Of a DNA stretch of 64,000 bases, positions 56,295-64,000 are shown piece by piece. The position numbers and the translations under genes were made by a program. Position 1 is the first letter of the stretch. Each line of letters opens with the position of its first letter. The notes under the pieces were generated by a model. That model worked only from the letters and a program-made list of their open reading frames with translations. It had not been told where the DNA came from and searched no databases. Origin of the DNA: Bacillota bacterium (GTDB lineage Bacteria; Bacillota; Clostridia; Saccharofermentanales; DTU023); NCBI GenBank assembly GCA_023622515.1, contig JAMNZB010000057.1, positions 16,243 to 80,242 of the forward strand, given 5' to 3'.

Positions 56295-57682
56295 TGTCAG
56301 ACCTTAGCTTAACTATGGAAAAACTGGTTGCTCTCTGTACAAACCGCGGTTTTGTCTATCCCGGATCGGAGATTTACGGTGGCCTTGCCAATAGCTGGGA
56401 TTATGGTCCCTACGGTGTTGAGTTGAAACGAAATATTAAGCAGGCCTGGTGGGATAGTTTTGTCCGTAAGAATAAATACAATGTAGGCCTTGATAGTGGT
56501 ATCTTAATGAACCCTCAAGTCTGGGAAGCATCAGGCCATGTTGGCGGTTTCTCAGACCCCCTGGTTGATTGCAAGTCTTGCCGCAGCCGTTACCGTGCCG
56601 ACCACATTATTGAGGACTATTGCAAGGAACAAGGTCTGAGAATAAATATCGAGGGGGCAGACAACGAGCACTTGATGCAAATCATGAAAGAATATGACCT
56701 GGCCTGTCCGCGTTGTGGAAATAAGGACTTTACCGACGTAAGACAATTTAATTTGATGTTTAAGACCTTCCAAGGGGTTACGGAAGATTCTCAAACCCAG
56801 CTCTATCTCAGGCCGGAAACAGCCCAGGGTATTTTTGTGAATTTTAAAAATGTGCAGCGGACTTCAAGAAAAAAAATTCCCTTTGGTATAGGCCAAATCG
56901 GTAAAGCCTTCCGTAATGAGATTACTCCCGGCAACTTTGTTTTTAGAACGAGAGAGTTTGAGCAGATGGAATTACAGTTTTTCTGTGAACCGGACAAGGA
57001 TATGGACTGGTTTGCCTATTGGGAAAACTTTATTTTCGACTGGCTGCTTCAGCTTGGCTTGCAGGAAGATATGCTGCGCAAGCGCCAGCATGATGACGAA
57101 GAACTTTCTTTTTATTCCAAGGCAACAACCGATTTTGAATTCCGCTTTCCTTTTGGTTGGGGTGAATTATGGGGTCTTGCGGCAAGAACCGACTATGACT
57201 TGAAACGTCATATGGAGCACAGTAAAGATGATTTACGCTATTTTGACCCGCAAACACAAGAAAAATATATTCCTCATGTTATAGAACCCTCTGTCGGGGT
57301 TGAACGACTGCTGTTGGCCTGTCTTTGTGCAGCATACGAAGAAGAAGAACTGGATAATGGTGATATACGTACAGTCTTGCATTTAAATCCTAAAATTGCT
57401 CCCGTACAAGTTGCTGTCTTGCCCTTATCGGCAAAACTGAGTGAAGAAGCCTTACAGGTAGAAGAAAGTCTCCGGCAAGTCTTTGTTACCGAATTTGATG
57501 AACGGCAGTCTATTGGGAAACGCTATCGCCGCCAGGACGAGATAGGTACACCTTATTGTGTTACTTATGATTTTGACAGCCTTGAGGATCAGGCTGTGAC
57601 TATTCGTGACCGGGATAGCATGGAGCAAATCAGATTGCCTATCCCTGAATTAATTCCCTTTCTACTTGATAAATTTAAGTAG
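56294..57682 (+). CDS. glyQS: Glycine--tRNA ligase (dimeric class II GlyQS form)
   Basis: [44 protein letters not shown] and [10 protein letters not shown]. The ATG shares one base with the rpoZ stop (TAATG). Confidence 0.93.
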   Translation: MSDLSLTMEKLVALCTNRGFVYPGSEIYGGLANSWDYGPYGVELKRNIKQAWWDSFVRKNKYNVGLDSGILMNPQVWEASGHVGGFSDPLVDCKSCRSRYRADHIIEDYCKEQGLRINIEGADNEHLMQIMKEYDLACPRCGNKDFTDVRQFNLMFKTFQGVTEDSQTQLYLRPETAQGIFVNFKNVQRTSRKKIPFGIGQIGKAFRNEITPGNFVFRTREFEQMELQFFCEPDKDMDWFAYWENFIFDWLLQLGLQEDMLRKRQHDDEELSFYSKATTDFEFRFPFGWGELWGLAARTDYDLKRHMEHSKDDLRYFDPQTQEKYIPHVIEPSVGVERLLLACLCAAYEEEELDNGDIRTVLHLNPKIAPVQVAVLPLSAKLSEEALQVEESLRQVFVTEFDERQSIGKRYRRQDEIGTPYCVTYDFDSLEDQAVTIRDRDSMEQIRLPIPELIPFLLDKFK

Positions 57683-57690
57683 TCTAGCAA

Positions 57691-57727
57691 AAGAAAAGGT
57701 AGCCCCAGAGCTATCTTTTCTTTTTTA
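57691..57727 (+). terminator. Rho-independent terminator after glyQS
   Basis: Stem AAAGAAAAGGTAGC / GCTATCTTTTCTTT (one G-U pair) with a 6-nt loop, running into a T-tract. Confidence 0.7.
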
Positions 57728-57880
57728 TAAAGGCCCTCAAGGAAGAGAGCAAAAGCTATTATTTTGGAGACAAATTCTATCGGTACTCCGGATTGGATAC
57801 TGCTGGGGGAGGAAAATAAGAATTTGAAGCTTAAGCTGATAAAGTCTTTAAGCAAGTGAATAATCGGAGGAGAACAGCTA

Positions 57881-60538
57881 ATGAAAAAATTTACCTACAT
57901 GTTTGAAGAAGGCAATGCCGGTATGAAGAATTTACTTGGCGGGAAAGGGGCGAACTTGGCGGAGATGCGTGGTTTAGGCCTTCCCGTGCCGAATGGTTTT
58001 ACCATAACAACAGAAGCTTGTCTTGACTATTATGAAAAGGATGAAACTATTTCTGAAGAGCTGGAGGGTCAAATAAAAGACCTGCTCTCCCGTCTTGAAA
58101 AAGAAACAAATAAGGCTTTTAACAGTACAAAATCCCCCTTGCTTGTCTCCGTACGTTCCGGAGCAAGAGCGTCCATGCCCGGCATGATGGATACGGTTTT
58201 AAACCTCGGCTTGAATGATAAAGTGGTCGAAACGCTGGCCGGCTTAACCAGTAATCGCCGCTTTGCCTTTGACAGCTACCGCCGCTTTATCATGATGTTC
58301 TCGGATGTTGTCAAAGGTATCAACAAGGACGAGTTTGAGTCCCTTATGGATGCCGCCAAGCAAGCTAAGGGGGTCGAGGAAGATAATGATTTGGATGCTG
58401 CGGATTTAGAAAAGGTGACCCGGCAATCTCTTGCCCGCTATAAAGAGATTATGGGTGAAGATTTTCCCCAAGATCCCTATGTCCAGCTAATGGATGCGGT
58501 GAAAGCCGTTTTCCGTTCCTGGAATAACCCTCGTGCCGTTTATTACCGCCAAATTAATAACATTCCCTCTGACTGGGGTACGGCCGTTAATATACAAGAG
58601 ATGGTTTTTGGCAATCTGGGGAATAGCTCCGGCTCGGGAGTGGCTTTTTCCCGTAGTCCGGCAACCGGTGAAAACCGTATTTATGGTGAGTTTTTGGTGA
58701 ATGCCCAAGGGGAAGATGTTGTGGCCGGTGTGCGCACACCTATGGACTGGGAAGAGATGAAAGACTGGATGCCTGACGTCTACGAAGAGTTCAAAGCTAT
58801 TGCTAAACAGTTGGAAAATCACTATGGAGACATGCAGGACATCGAATTTACCATAGAAAAGGAAAAACTCTATCTTCTCCAAACCAGAAACGGCAAAAGG
58901 ACGGCCGATGCAGCCCTGCAAATTGCCGTTGATATGGTGGAAGAAGGTATTATCGATAAACACCGTGCCCTTATGCAAATTGAGTCAAAACTCCTGGATA
59001 ATCTCTTGCATCCCAGTTTTGAGGCAGGGGCCCTTAAAAAGGCTAAACCTATTGCCAAGGGACTTCCGGCCTCTCCCGGAGCTGCTACAGGCGGACTTGT
59101 TTTCTCCGTAGAGGCTGCCTGTGAAGCGGTTAATGCCGGCAAAAAGATTATCCTGGCTTGTGTTGAAACATCGGCGGAAGATATTGAAGGTATGAATATT
59201 GCCGAAGGAATCTTAACAGCCAAGGGCGGTATGACTTCACATGCTGCTGTAGTTGCGCGTGGAATGGGCACATGTTGTGTATCCGGTTGCTCTTCTCTGA
59301 GGATAAACAAGGAAGCTAAAGTGATGGAAGTTCAGGGAAAACGCTATCGGGAGGGTGACATAATCTCCTTAGACGGTTCGACCGGTTGTGTCTATGATAC
59401 GGAAATAGAAACTGTTGAAGCAGACCTATCCGATGTCTTTACCACTGTTCTTTCTTGGGCCAATGACATCCGCAGGTTAAATGTCCGGGCCAATGCTGAT
59501 AAAAAAGAAGATGTTGCTAAGGCAATGGAGCTTGGTGCCGGAGGAATAGGCCTGTGCCGCACGGAACATATGTTTTTTGCCAAGGACCGTATATTTGAAT
59601 TCAGAAAAATGATTTTGGCTGAAGATGAGGCGACCAGGCAGGCTCAGCTGGATAAGCTGCTAGCTATTCAACAAGCTGACTTTGAAGATATTTTCCGCAT
59701 ATTAAAAGGCTATCCGGCAACGATTCGTTTGCTGGATCCCCCGCTCCACGAATTTTTACCCGTAGAAAGGGAAGAAAGAGAAGAGCTTGCCGAAGGCATG
59801 GGCATTCCTTTAGATAAGTTGCAAACCATGATGAGGGCTTTGCGCGAAGTCAATCCCATGTTAGGTATGCGCGGTTGCCGACTGGCTATTGTCTTTCCGG
59901 AGATTGCCGAAATGCAGACAAAAGCCATTATTCAAGCGGCTATTACAGTGAAAAAAGAAGGCATAGAAGTGAATCCGGAAATTATGGTTCCCCTTGTTTC
60001 AGATATTAAAGAACAGGCCTATCTCCGGAAAATTATAGATTCTGTAGCTAAGCAAGTACTTGCTGAGGAAAATGTAGATTTAACCTATTCCGTAGGATGC
60101 ATGATTGAAACTCCCAGGGCAGCTTTAACTTCCGGTGAGATTGCTCTGGAAGCAGATTTCTTTAGTTACGGCACCAATGACTTAACCCAAATGGGTTACG
60201 GCTTATCTCGTGATGATGCCGGAAAAATCTTAGATGTTTACTATGAGAAGGAAATTTTTGAGACGGATCCGACCGCTATTCTCGACCAAAAAGGTATAGG
60301 CAGGATGATTAGGATTTCCTCTACAGAGGGCCGTGAAGGCAAACCTGAAATCCAGCTGGGCATATGTGGGGAGCATGGCGGGGAAGCCTCCAGCATCCGC
60401 CTCTGTCATGAGCTGAATTTTGACTATGTCTCCTGCTCTCCTTATCGCGTGCCTATTGCCATTCTGGCAGCAGCGCAGGCACAGATAAATTGCCCCCGTG
60501 AATATCTGGGAGCCGATTTGCAAAAATGGCCTCTGTAG
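57881..60538 (+). CDS. ppdK: Pyruvate, phosphate dikinase
   Basis: LLGGKGANLAEM, the phosphohistidine region GGMTSHAAVVARGMG, and the PEP-utilising C-domain GLCRTEHMF ... FFSYGTNDLTQ; 885 aa. Confidence 0.95.
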   Translation: MKKFTYMFEEGNAGMKNLLGGKGANLAEMRGLGLPVPNGFTITTEACLDYYEKDETISEELEGQIKDLLSRLEKETNKAFNSTKSPLLVSVRSGARASMPGMMDTVLNLGLNDKVVETLAGLTSNRRFAFDSYRRFIMMFSDVVKGINKDEFESLMDAAKQAKGVEEDNDLDAADLEKVTRQSLARYKEIMGEDFPQDPYVQLMDAVKAVFRSWNNPRAVYYRQINNIPSDWGTAVNIQEMVFGNLGNSSGSGVAFSRSPATGENRIYGEFLVNAQGEDVVAGVRTPMDWEEMKDWMPDVYEEFKAIAKQLENHYGDMQDIEFTIEKEKLYLLQTRNGKRTADAALQIAVDMVEEGIIDKHRALMQIESKLLDNLLHPSFEAGALKKAKPIAKGLPASPGAATGGLVFSVEAACEAVNAGKKIILACVETSAEDIEGMNIAEGILTAKGGMTSHAAVVARGMGTCCVSGCSSLRINKEAKVMEVQGKRYREGDIISLDGSTGCVYDTEIETVEADLSDVFTTVLSWANDIRRLNVRANADKKEDVAKAMELGAGGIGLCRTEHMFFAKDRIFEFRKMILAEDEATRQAQLDKLLAIQQADFEDIFRILKGYPATIRLLDPPLHEFLPVEREEREELAEGMGIPLDKLQTMMRALREVNPMLGMRGCRLAIVFPEIAEMQTKAIIQAAITVKKEGIEVNPEIMVPLVSDIKEQAYLRKIIDSVAKQVLAEENVDLTYSVGCMIETPRAALTSGEIALEADFFSYGTNDLTQMGYGLSRDDAGKILDVYYEKEIFETDPTAILDQKGIGRMIRISSTEGREGKPEIQLGICGEHGGEASSIRLCHELNFDYVSCSPYRVPIAILAAAQAQINCPREYLGADLQKWPL

Positions 60539-60635
60539 TGCAAGCGGCGAATAAAGAGGATAGGCATCTTAGCGCTTAGAAAGAAAGCCGTATCCTGTTG
60601 GTCGCAGTCGAAAAGAAATAAGAAATGAGGTTTTT

Positions 60636-60992
60636 ATGAAATTGCTAAAAGGTTTTGGGCTTATTTTTCTCTGCCTCTATTTGGGGGCTGTAGCAAAAAC
60701 ACTACTGCCCTTTGTTATACCGGAAACCGTTTATGCCATGGTCTTCCTTTTTTTAGCCCTCTATTTTCGGGTCATTAAAATGGAGACGGTTGAAGATTCA
60801 GGAAATCTGCTTTTGCAATATATGGCCTTGTTTTTTATTCCCCCCGGCGTAGCCATCATTGATCATTTTGAAGTATTGAAACATATAATGCTCCCACTTC
60901 TGGTTATTGTCGTTGTCAGCCTGGTCGCTACCATGCTTGTGACGGCAAAAGTCATAGAGTGGGTTCAGAAGGTGGTGGCTCGTGACCAATAA
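60636..60992 (+). CDS. lrgA: CidA/LrgA-family membrane protein
   Basis: 118 aa with four TM helices and an LrgA-like pattern (LLQYMALFFIPPGVAII). It is paired with an overlapping LrgB gene. Confidence 0.8.
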   Translation: MKLLKGFGLIFLCLYLGAVAKTLLPFVIPETVYAMVFLFLALYFRVIKMETVEDSGNLLLQYMALFFIPPGVAIIDHFEVLKHIMLPLLVIVVVSLVATMLVTAKVIEWVQKVVARDQ

Positions 60993-61671
60993 TATATACT
61001 TCGGGATTGTCCTTTCACTCGCCAGCTACCTCTTTGCTCTTTTTGTTAATAAGCTTTGTAAGGGCAATTCGCTGGCCAACCCCATGTTGATTAGTATTTT
61101 ATTGAATATCGGTTTTCTTGTCCTCTTCGATATTCCTTATGCCCACTATGCCTTAGGGGCAGACTATATCAGCTTTTTTATCGGGCCGGTCACGGTTGCT
61201 TTAGTTATCAACTTATATAAAAACATAGAGCTCCTAAAGAAAAACCTTGTCCCTATCCTTGCCGGGGTTTTTGCCGGTGTGTTAACGAATGCTGTTGTAG
61301 TGCTCGTTCTTGGTAAAGTGTTTTCCCTAGCGGACAAGGAGCTTCTCTCAATAATGCCTAAATCCATTACCACCCCGGTTGGTATGGCTTTGTCCGAGGA
61401 GTATGGAGGCTATCCCTCACTTACGGTTATTACCATAGTTATTACCGGAATCCTGGGAAGCTTTATTGCTCCCCTGGCTCTTAAGCTTTTCCGAATCAAA
61501 GATCCCATCGCCAAAGGGATTGCGATAGGTAGCTCAGCCCATGCCGGCGGGACCACCAAGGCGGTTGAGATGGGTGAGGTGGAAGGGGCGATGAGCGGAC
61601 TGGCCATAGCCTTAACGGCCTTGGTTACTGTCCTGGTCTTGCCCATCTTCATACAGCTATTCATCTTGTAG
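60982..61671 (+). CDS. lrgB: LrgB/CidB-family membrane protein
   Basis: 229 aa with a GTG start overlapping the lrgA end. The LrgB pattern is present: MPKSITTPVGMALSEEYGG and AIGSSAHAGGTTKA. Confidence 0.85.
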   Translation: MTNNIYFGIVLSLASYLFALFVNKLCKGNSLANPMLISILLNIGFLVLFDIPYAHYALGADYISFFIGPVTVALVINLYKNIELLKKNLVPILAGVFAGVLTNAVVVLVLGKVFSLADKELLSIMPKSITTPVGMALSEEYGGYPSLTVITIVITGILGSFIAPLALKLFRIKDPIAKGIAIGSSAHAGGTTKAVEMGEVEGAMSGLAIALTALVTVLVLPIFIQLFIL

Positions 61672-61748
61672 GCCTTAGTTCAGTGCAAACCGGTGCGGAG
61701 AAGCTGTCTGACAAGAAGAAAATAGAGCACAGCGAATAGGAGGGGAAA

Positions 61749-63245
61749 ATGACAAAATATATTATGGCGCTTGATTCGGGAACGAGTAGTAACCGTTGTA
61801 TTTTACTGGACCATGAGGGACAGATTTGCTCTTTGGGCCAGAGTGAATTCACGCAAATATTCCCTAAGCCCGGCTATGTGGAGCATGACCCTAACGAAAT
61901 TTGGTCTTCCTTGCTGGGCGTAGCGACAGAGGCCATGAGCCGGATTGATGCTTGCCCGGAGGAAATAGCGGCTATCGGGATTACCAATCAAAGAGAGACA
62001 ACCCTTGTCTGGGATAGGCACACAGGAAGACCGGTTTATCCGGCCATTGTTTGGCAATGCAGAAGGACGGCCCCTCTCTGTGAAGCTTTGGCTGCCAAAG
62101 GCTTCGCGGAAATAGTGCGTAAAAAAACAGGTCTTGTTTTGGATGCTTATTTCAGTGCGAGCAAAATAAAATGGATTTTAGACCATGTTGAAGGAGCGCG
62201 AGAGAAAGCGGAGCGAGGCGACCTCCTTTTCGGTACGATTGATAGCTGGATTATTTGGAAATTAACGCGAGGAAGAGTTCATGCCACAGATTATTCCAAC
62301 GCTTCGCGGACTATGCTCTTTAACATCCACGAGCTGGTTTGGGATGACGAGCTCCTGGCCCTCTTTGATATCCCGAGAAGCATGCTCCCCGAGGTCAAGC
62401 CGTCAAGCTATTTTTACGGAGAAACGGACCCGCAATTTTTTGGCCGGCCTATCCCGATTACAGGTGTAGCCGGTGACCAGCAAGCGGCCTTATTCGGCCA
62501 TACCTGCTTTGCCCGGGCTGATGTAAAAAATACCTACGGGACGGGATGTTTTTTATTAATGAATACCGGAAAAGTACCCATTATGAGTAAAAGCGGCTTA
62601 GTAACAACCATTGCCTGGGGCATCAAAGAGAAAATTTATTATGCTTTGGAGGGTTCTGTTTTTGTAGCCGGTGCAGCCATCCAATGGTTGCGTGATGAAC
62701 TTCGTTTGATTGACCGGGCAGAGGACTCCGCCTATCTGGCTAGCCAGGTAGACGACAGCAAGGGCTGCTATCTCGTGCCTGCTTTTACCGGCTTAGGAGC
62801 CCCCTACTGGGATCCCCGGGCCCGGGGAACCATTGTAGGTATAACGCGAGGGGTCAACAAGCGCCATATTGTACGAGCAACACTGGAATCAATAGCCTAT
62901 CAAACCTATGATATTCTCGAAGCGATGAAAGAAGATACCGGCCTAGCCATTAGCAGCCTGAAAACAGATGGCGGGGCGGCTATGAATGACTTTCTTTTAC
63001 AATTTCAGGCGGATATTCTTGACTGCTCGGTTATCCGCCCTAGACTCACCGAAATAACGGCCAAGGGGGCAGGCTATCTAGCCGGCCTTGCCTGCGGTTT
63101 TTGGACCTCTCTTGAGGAGCTTAAAGAAAAGTATGCCATCGACCGGACTTTTGTGCCGCAAATGATGGCGGATAAGCGTCTTCGCCTGCTTAAAGGATGG
63201 CATAAGGCGGTTGGAAAATCCTTTGCCTGGGCGGATGAAGATTAG
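61749..63245 (+). CDS. glpK: Glycerol kinase
   Basis: [38 protein letters not shown] and [11 protein letters not shown]; 498 aa. Confidence 0.95.
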   Translation: MTKYIMALDSGTSSNRCILLDHEGQICSLGQSEFTQIFPKPGYVEHDPNEIWSSLLGVATEAMSRIDACPEEIAAIGITNQRETTLVWDRHTGRPVYPAIVWQCRRTAPLCEALAAKGFAEIVRKKTGLVLDAYFSASKIKWILDHVEGAREKAERGDLLFGTIDSWIIWKLTRGRVHATDYSNASRTMLFNIHELVWDDELLALFDIPRSMLPEVKPSSYFYGETDPQFFGRPIPITGVAGDQQAALFGHTCFARADVKNTYGTGCFLLMNTGKVPIMSKSGLVTTIAWGIKEKIYYALEGSVFVAGAAIQWLRDELRLIDRAEDSAYLASQVDDSKGCYLVPAFTGLGAPYWDPRARGTIVGITRGVNKRHIVRATLESIAYQTYDILEAMKEDTGLAISSLKTDGGAAMNDFLLQFQADILDCSVIRPRLTEITAKGAGYLAGLACGFWTSLEELKEKYAIDRTFVPQMMADKRLRLLKGWHKAVGKSFAWADED

Positions 63246-63247
63246 TT

Positions 63248-64000
63248 TTATACCCGCTTTTTTTGCCAATCCCCTCTTTTGTAGTAATAGATAATAACAG
63301 CCAGTTCTGCCAGTTCTGCTATTAAAAAGGAAAGCCAGAGATAGCGTAGGGGAACCTTTAGGATATATACAAGCAGGGCCATGAGCGGGAGTTGAATAAG
63401 CCAACGCGAAATCATTGTAGACAAAAGAAGCGGCCTGTTGAAGCCCGAACCGGAAAAGACAACACGCATACCGGCGGCCAAGGCGGTTACAAGCATAGCA
63501 AGGGCGATGTAGCGAACCATAGGTGTTCCTTGTCGCAGTACCTCAGGATCTGTATTAAAAATTCCCAGGAAGAACTTAGGGAAGACCAGGGCGAAGATAG
63601 CAAAAATGCCGATAATGCGACTGATAAAAGATGTGGCAATCTTGGCAATATAATCGGCCTCCTCAATATGATCTCGGCCAAGGGCGTGACCCACCATAGA
63701 AGAGCCGGCAAACTGGAAGCCGACAATAGGGGTAAAGCTAAAGCCCATAATCTTGGTACCCAAACCGTAGATTGTGACAGCAATTGTACCGTAAGAAGTG
63801 ATAAAGGCCATCAGTAAAGCATTGAAACCCTGGCGAACAAACAATTGAAAACCTGCCGGTAGACCAATAGAGAGCAATTGCTTATCGATTTCCTTATCAA
63901 GTGTAAACAAGCCCTTAATAGAAATGCTGATACCATGCTGACCTCGAAGCAGGACTACAAAACCAAGGATAAAGCTGAGGCAGGTTGAGATAACAGTTGC
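63248..64000 (-). CDS. MATE-family efflux transporter, C-terminal half (N-terminus lies beyond the window edge)
   Basis: The - strand frame is open from the window edge (…ATVISTCLSFILGFVVLLRGQHGISISIKGLFTLDKEI…). The polytopic protein has a MATE-like second half (LSIGLPAGFQLFVRQG ... AGSSMVGHALGRD). Its stop lies 2 nt from the convergent glpK stop. Confidence 0.75.
   Translation of the reverse strand, partial: ATVISTCLSFILGFVVLLRGQHGISISIKGLFTLDKEIDKQLLSIGLPAGFQLFVRQGFNALLMAFITSYGTIAVTIYGLGTKIMGFSFTPIVGFQFAGSSMVGHALGRDHIEEADYIAKIATSFISRIIGIFAIFALVFPKFFLGIFNTDPEVLRQGTPMVRYIALAMLVTALAAGMRVVFSGSGFNRPLLLSTMISRWLIQLPLMALLVYILKVPLRYLWLSFLIAELAELAVIIYYYKRGDWQKKRV

Noticed and set aside
58487-59310. 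Two overlapping - strand ORFs (163 and 146 aa) inside ppdK, plus similar + strand ORFs inside the CBS-pyrophosphatase gene (39934..41137)
   Set aside because: They are antisense to long, strongly supported genes. They have no motifs and the composition typical of shadow frames.
60636-61671. LrgA/LrgB as a phage holin/antiholin or prophage remnant
   Set aside because: There are no endolysin, capsid, tail, integrase or repressor genes nearby. The metabolic neighbours (ppdK, glpK) favour the transporter interpretation.
1-64000. Search by eye for tRNA/rRNA genes, CRISPR arrays, IS elements, integrases, toxin-antitoxin pairs and large repeats
   Set aside because: None found. All ORFs over ~100 aa outside shadow frames are accounted for by the listed genes. 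Only micro-repeats (15 to 26 nt) were seen, and these are reported separately.

Overview
This window looks like a core chromosomal segment of a Firmicutes/Clostridia-type genome, judged by gene content and order. Coding density is high. Genes run on the + strand from 1 to 39604, on the - strand from 39741 to 44648, on the + strand from 45127 to 63245, and a convergent - strand gene sits at the right edge. I saw no rRNA, tRNA, CRISPR array, transposase, integrase or prophage genes.

Recognisable content, left to right:
- 3' end of an ABC ATPase, then two tandem moeA paralogs, the second fused to a binding-protein-like domain
- XRE regulator and an M28-like lipoprotein
- NfeD and SPFH pair
- an ABC-type ATPase plus a Toprim-like (DUF4276-like) protein, the most interesting item
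- hemW, then a CIRCE-controlled hrcA-grpE-dnaK-dnaJ-prmA cluster
- gcvT-gcvH-gcvPA-gcvPB, gap, hpf
- pcrA followed by two HD-domain nucleotide hydrolases
- a dockerin-bearing putative peptidoglycan hydrolase next to a cohesin-like membrane protein, then a GtrA protein
- folC, a TPR-like membrane protein, a threonine-synthase-like protein lacking the PLP lysine, and a DD-carboxypeptidase
- rplM-rpsI-tsaE-(tsaB-rimI fusion)
- a - strand block: CBS-pyrophosphatase, CPBP protease, alpha/beta hydrolase, cation/H+ antiporter
- a five-gene Opp/Dpp-type ABC importer
- Crh-like HPr, uvrC, a metallophosphoesterase
- yicC-remA-gmk-rpoZ-glyQS, ppdK, lrgAB, glpK
- the 3' half of a MATE transporter

The best candidate for an undescribed system is the ATPase/Toprim-like pair at 7324..9176. 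Its architecture matches split OLD/PARIS/AbiL-type defence modules, yet it sits translationally coupled inside a housekeeping gene run. All family assignments come from motifs read by eye and were not confirmed by any search.
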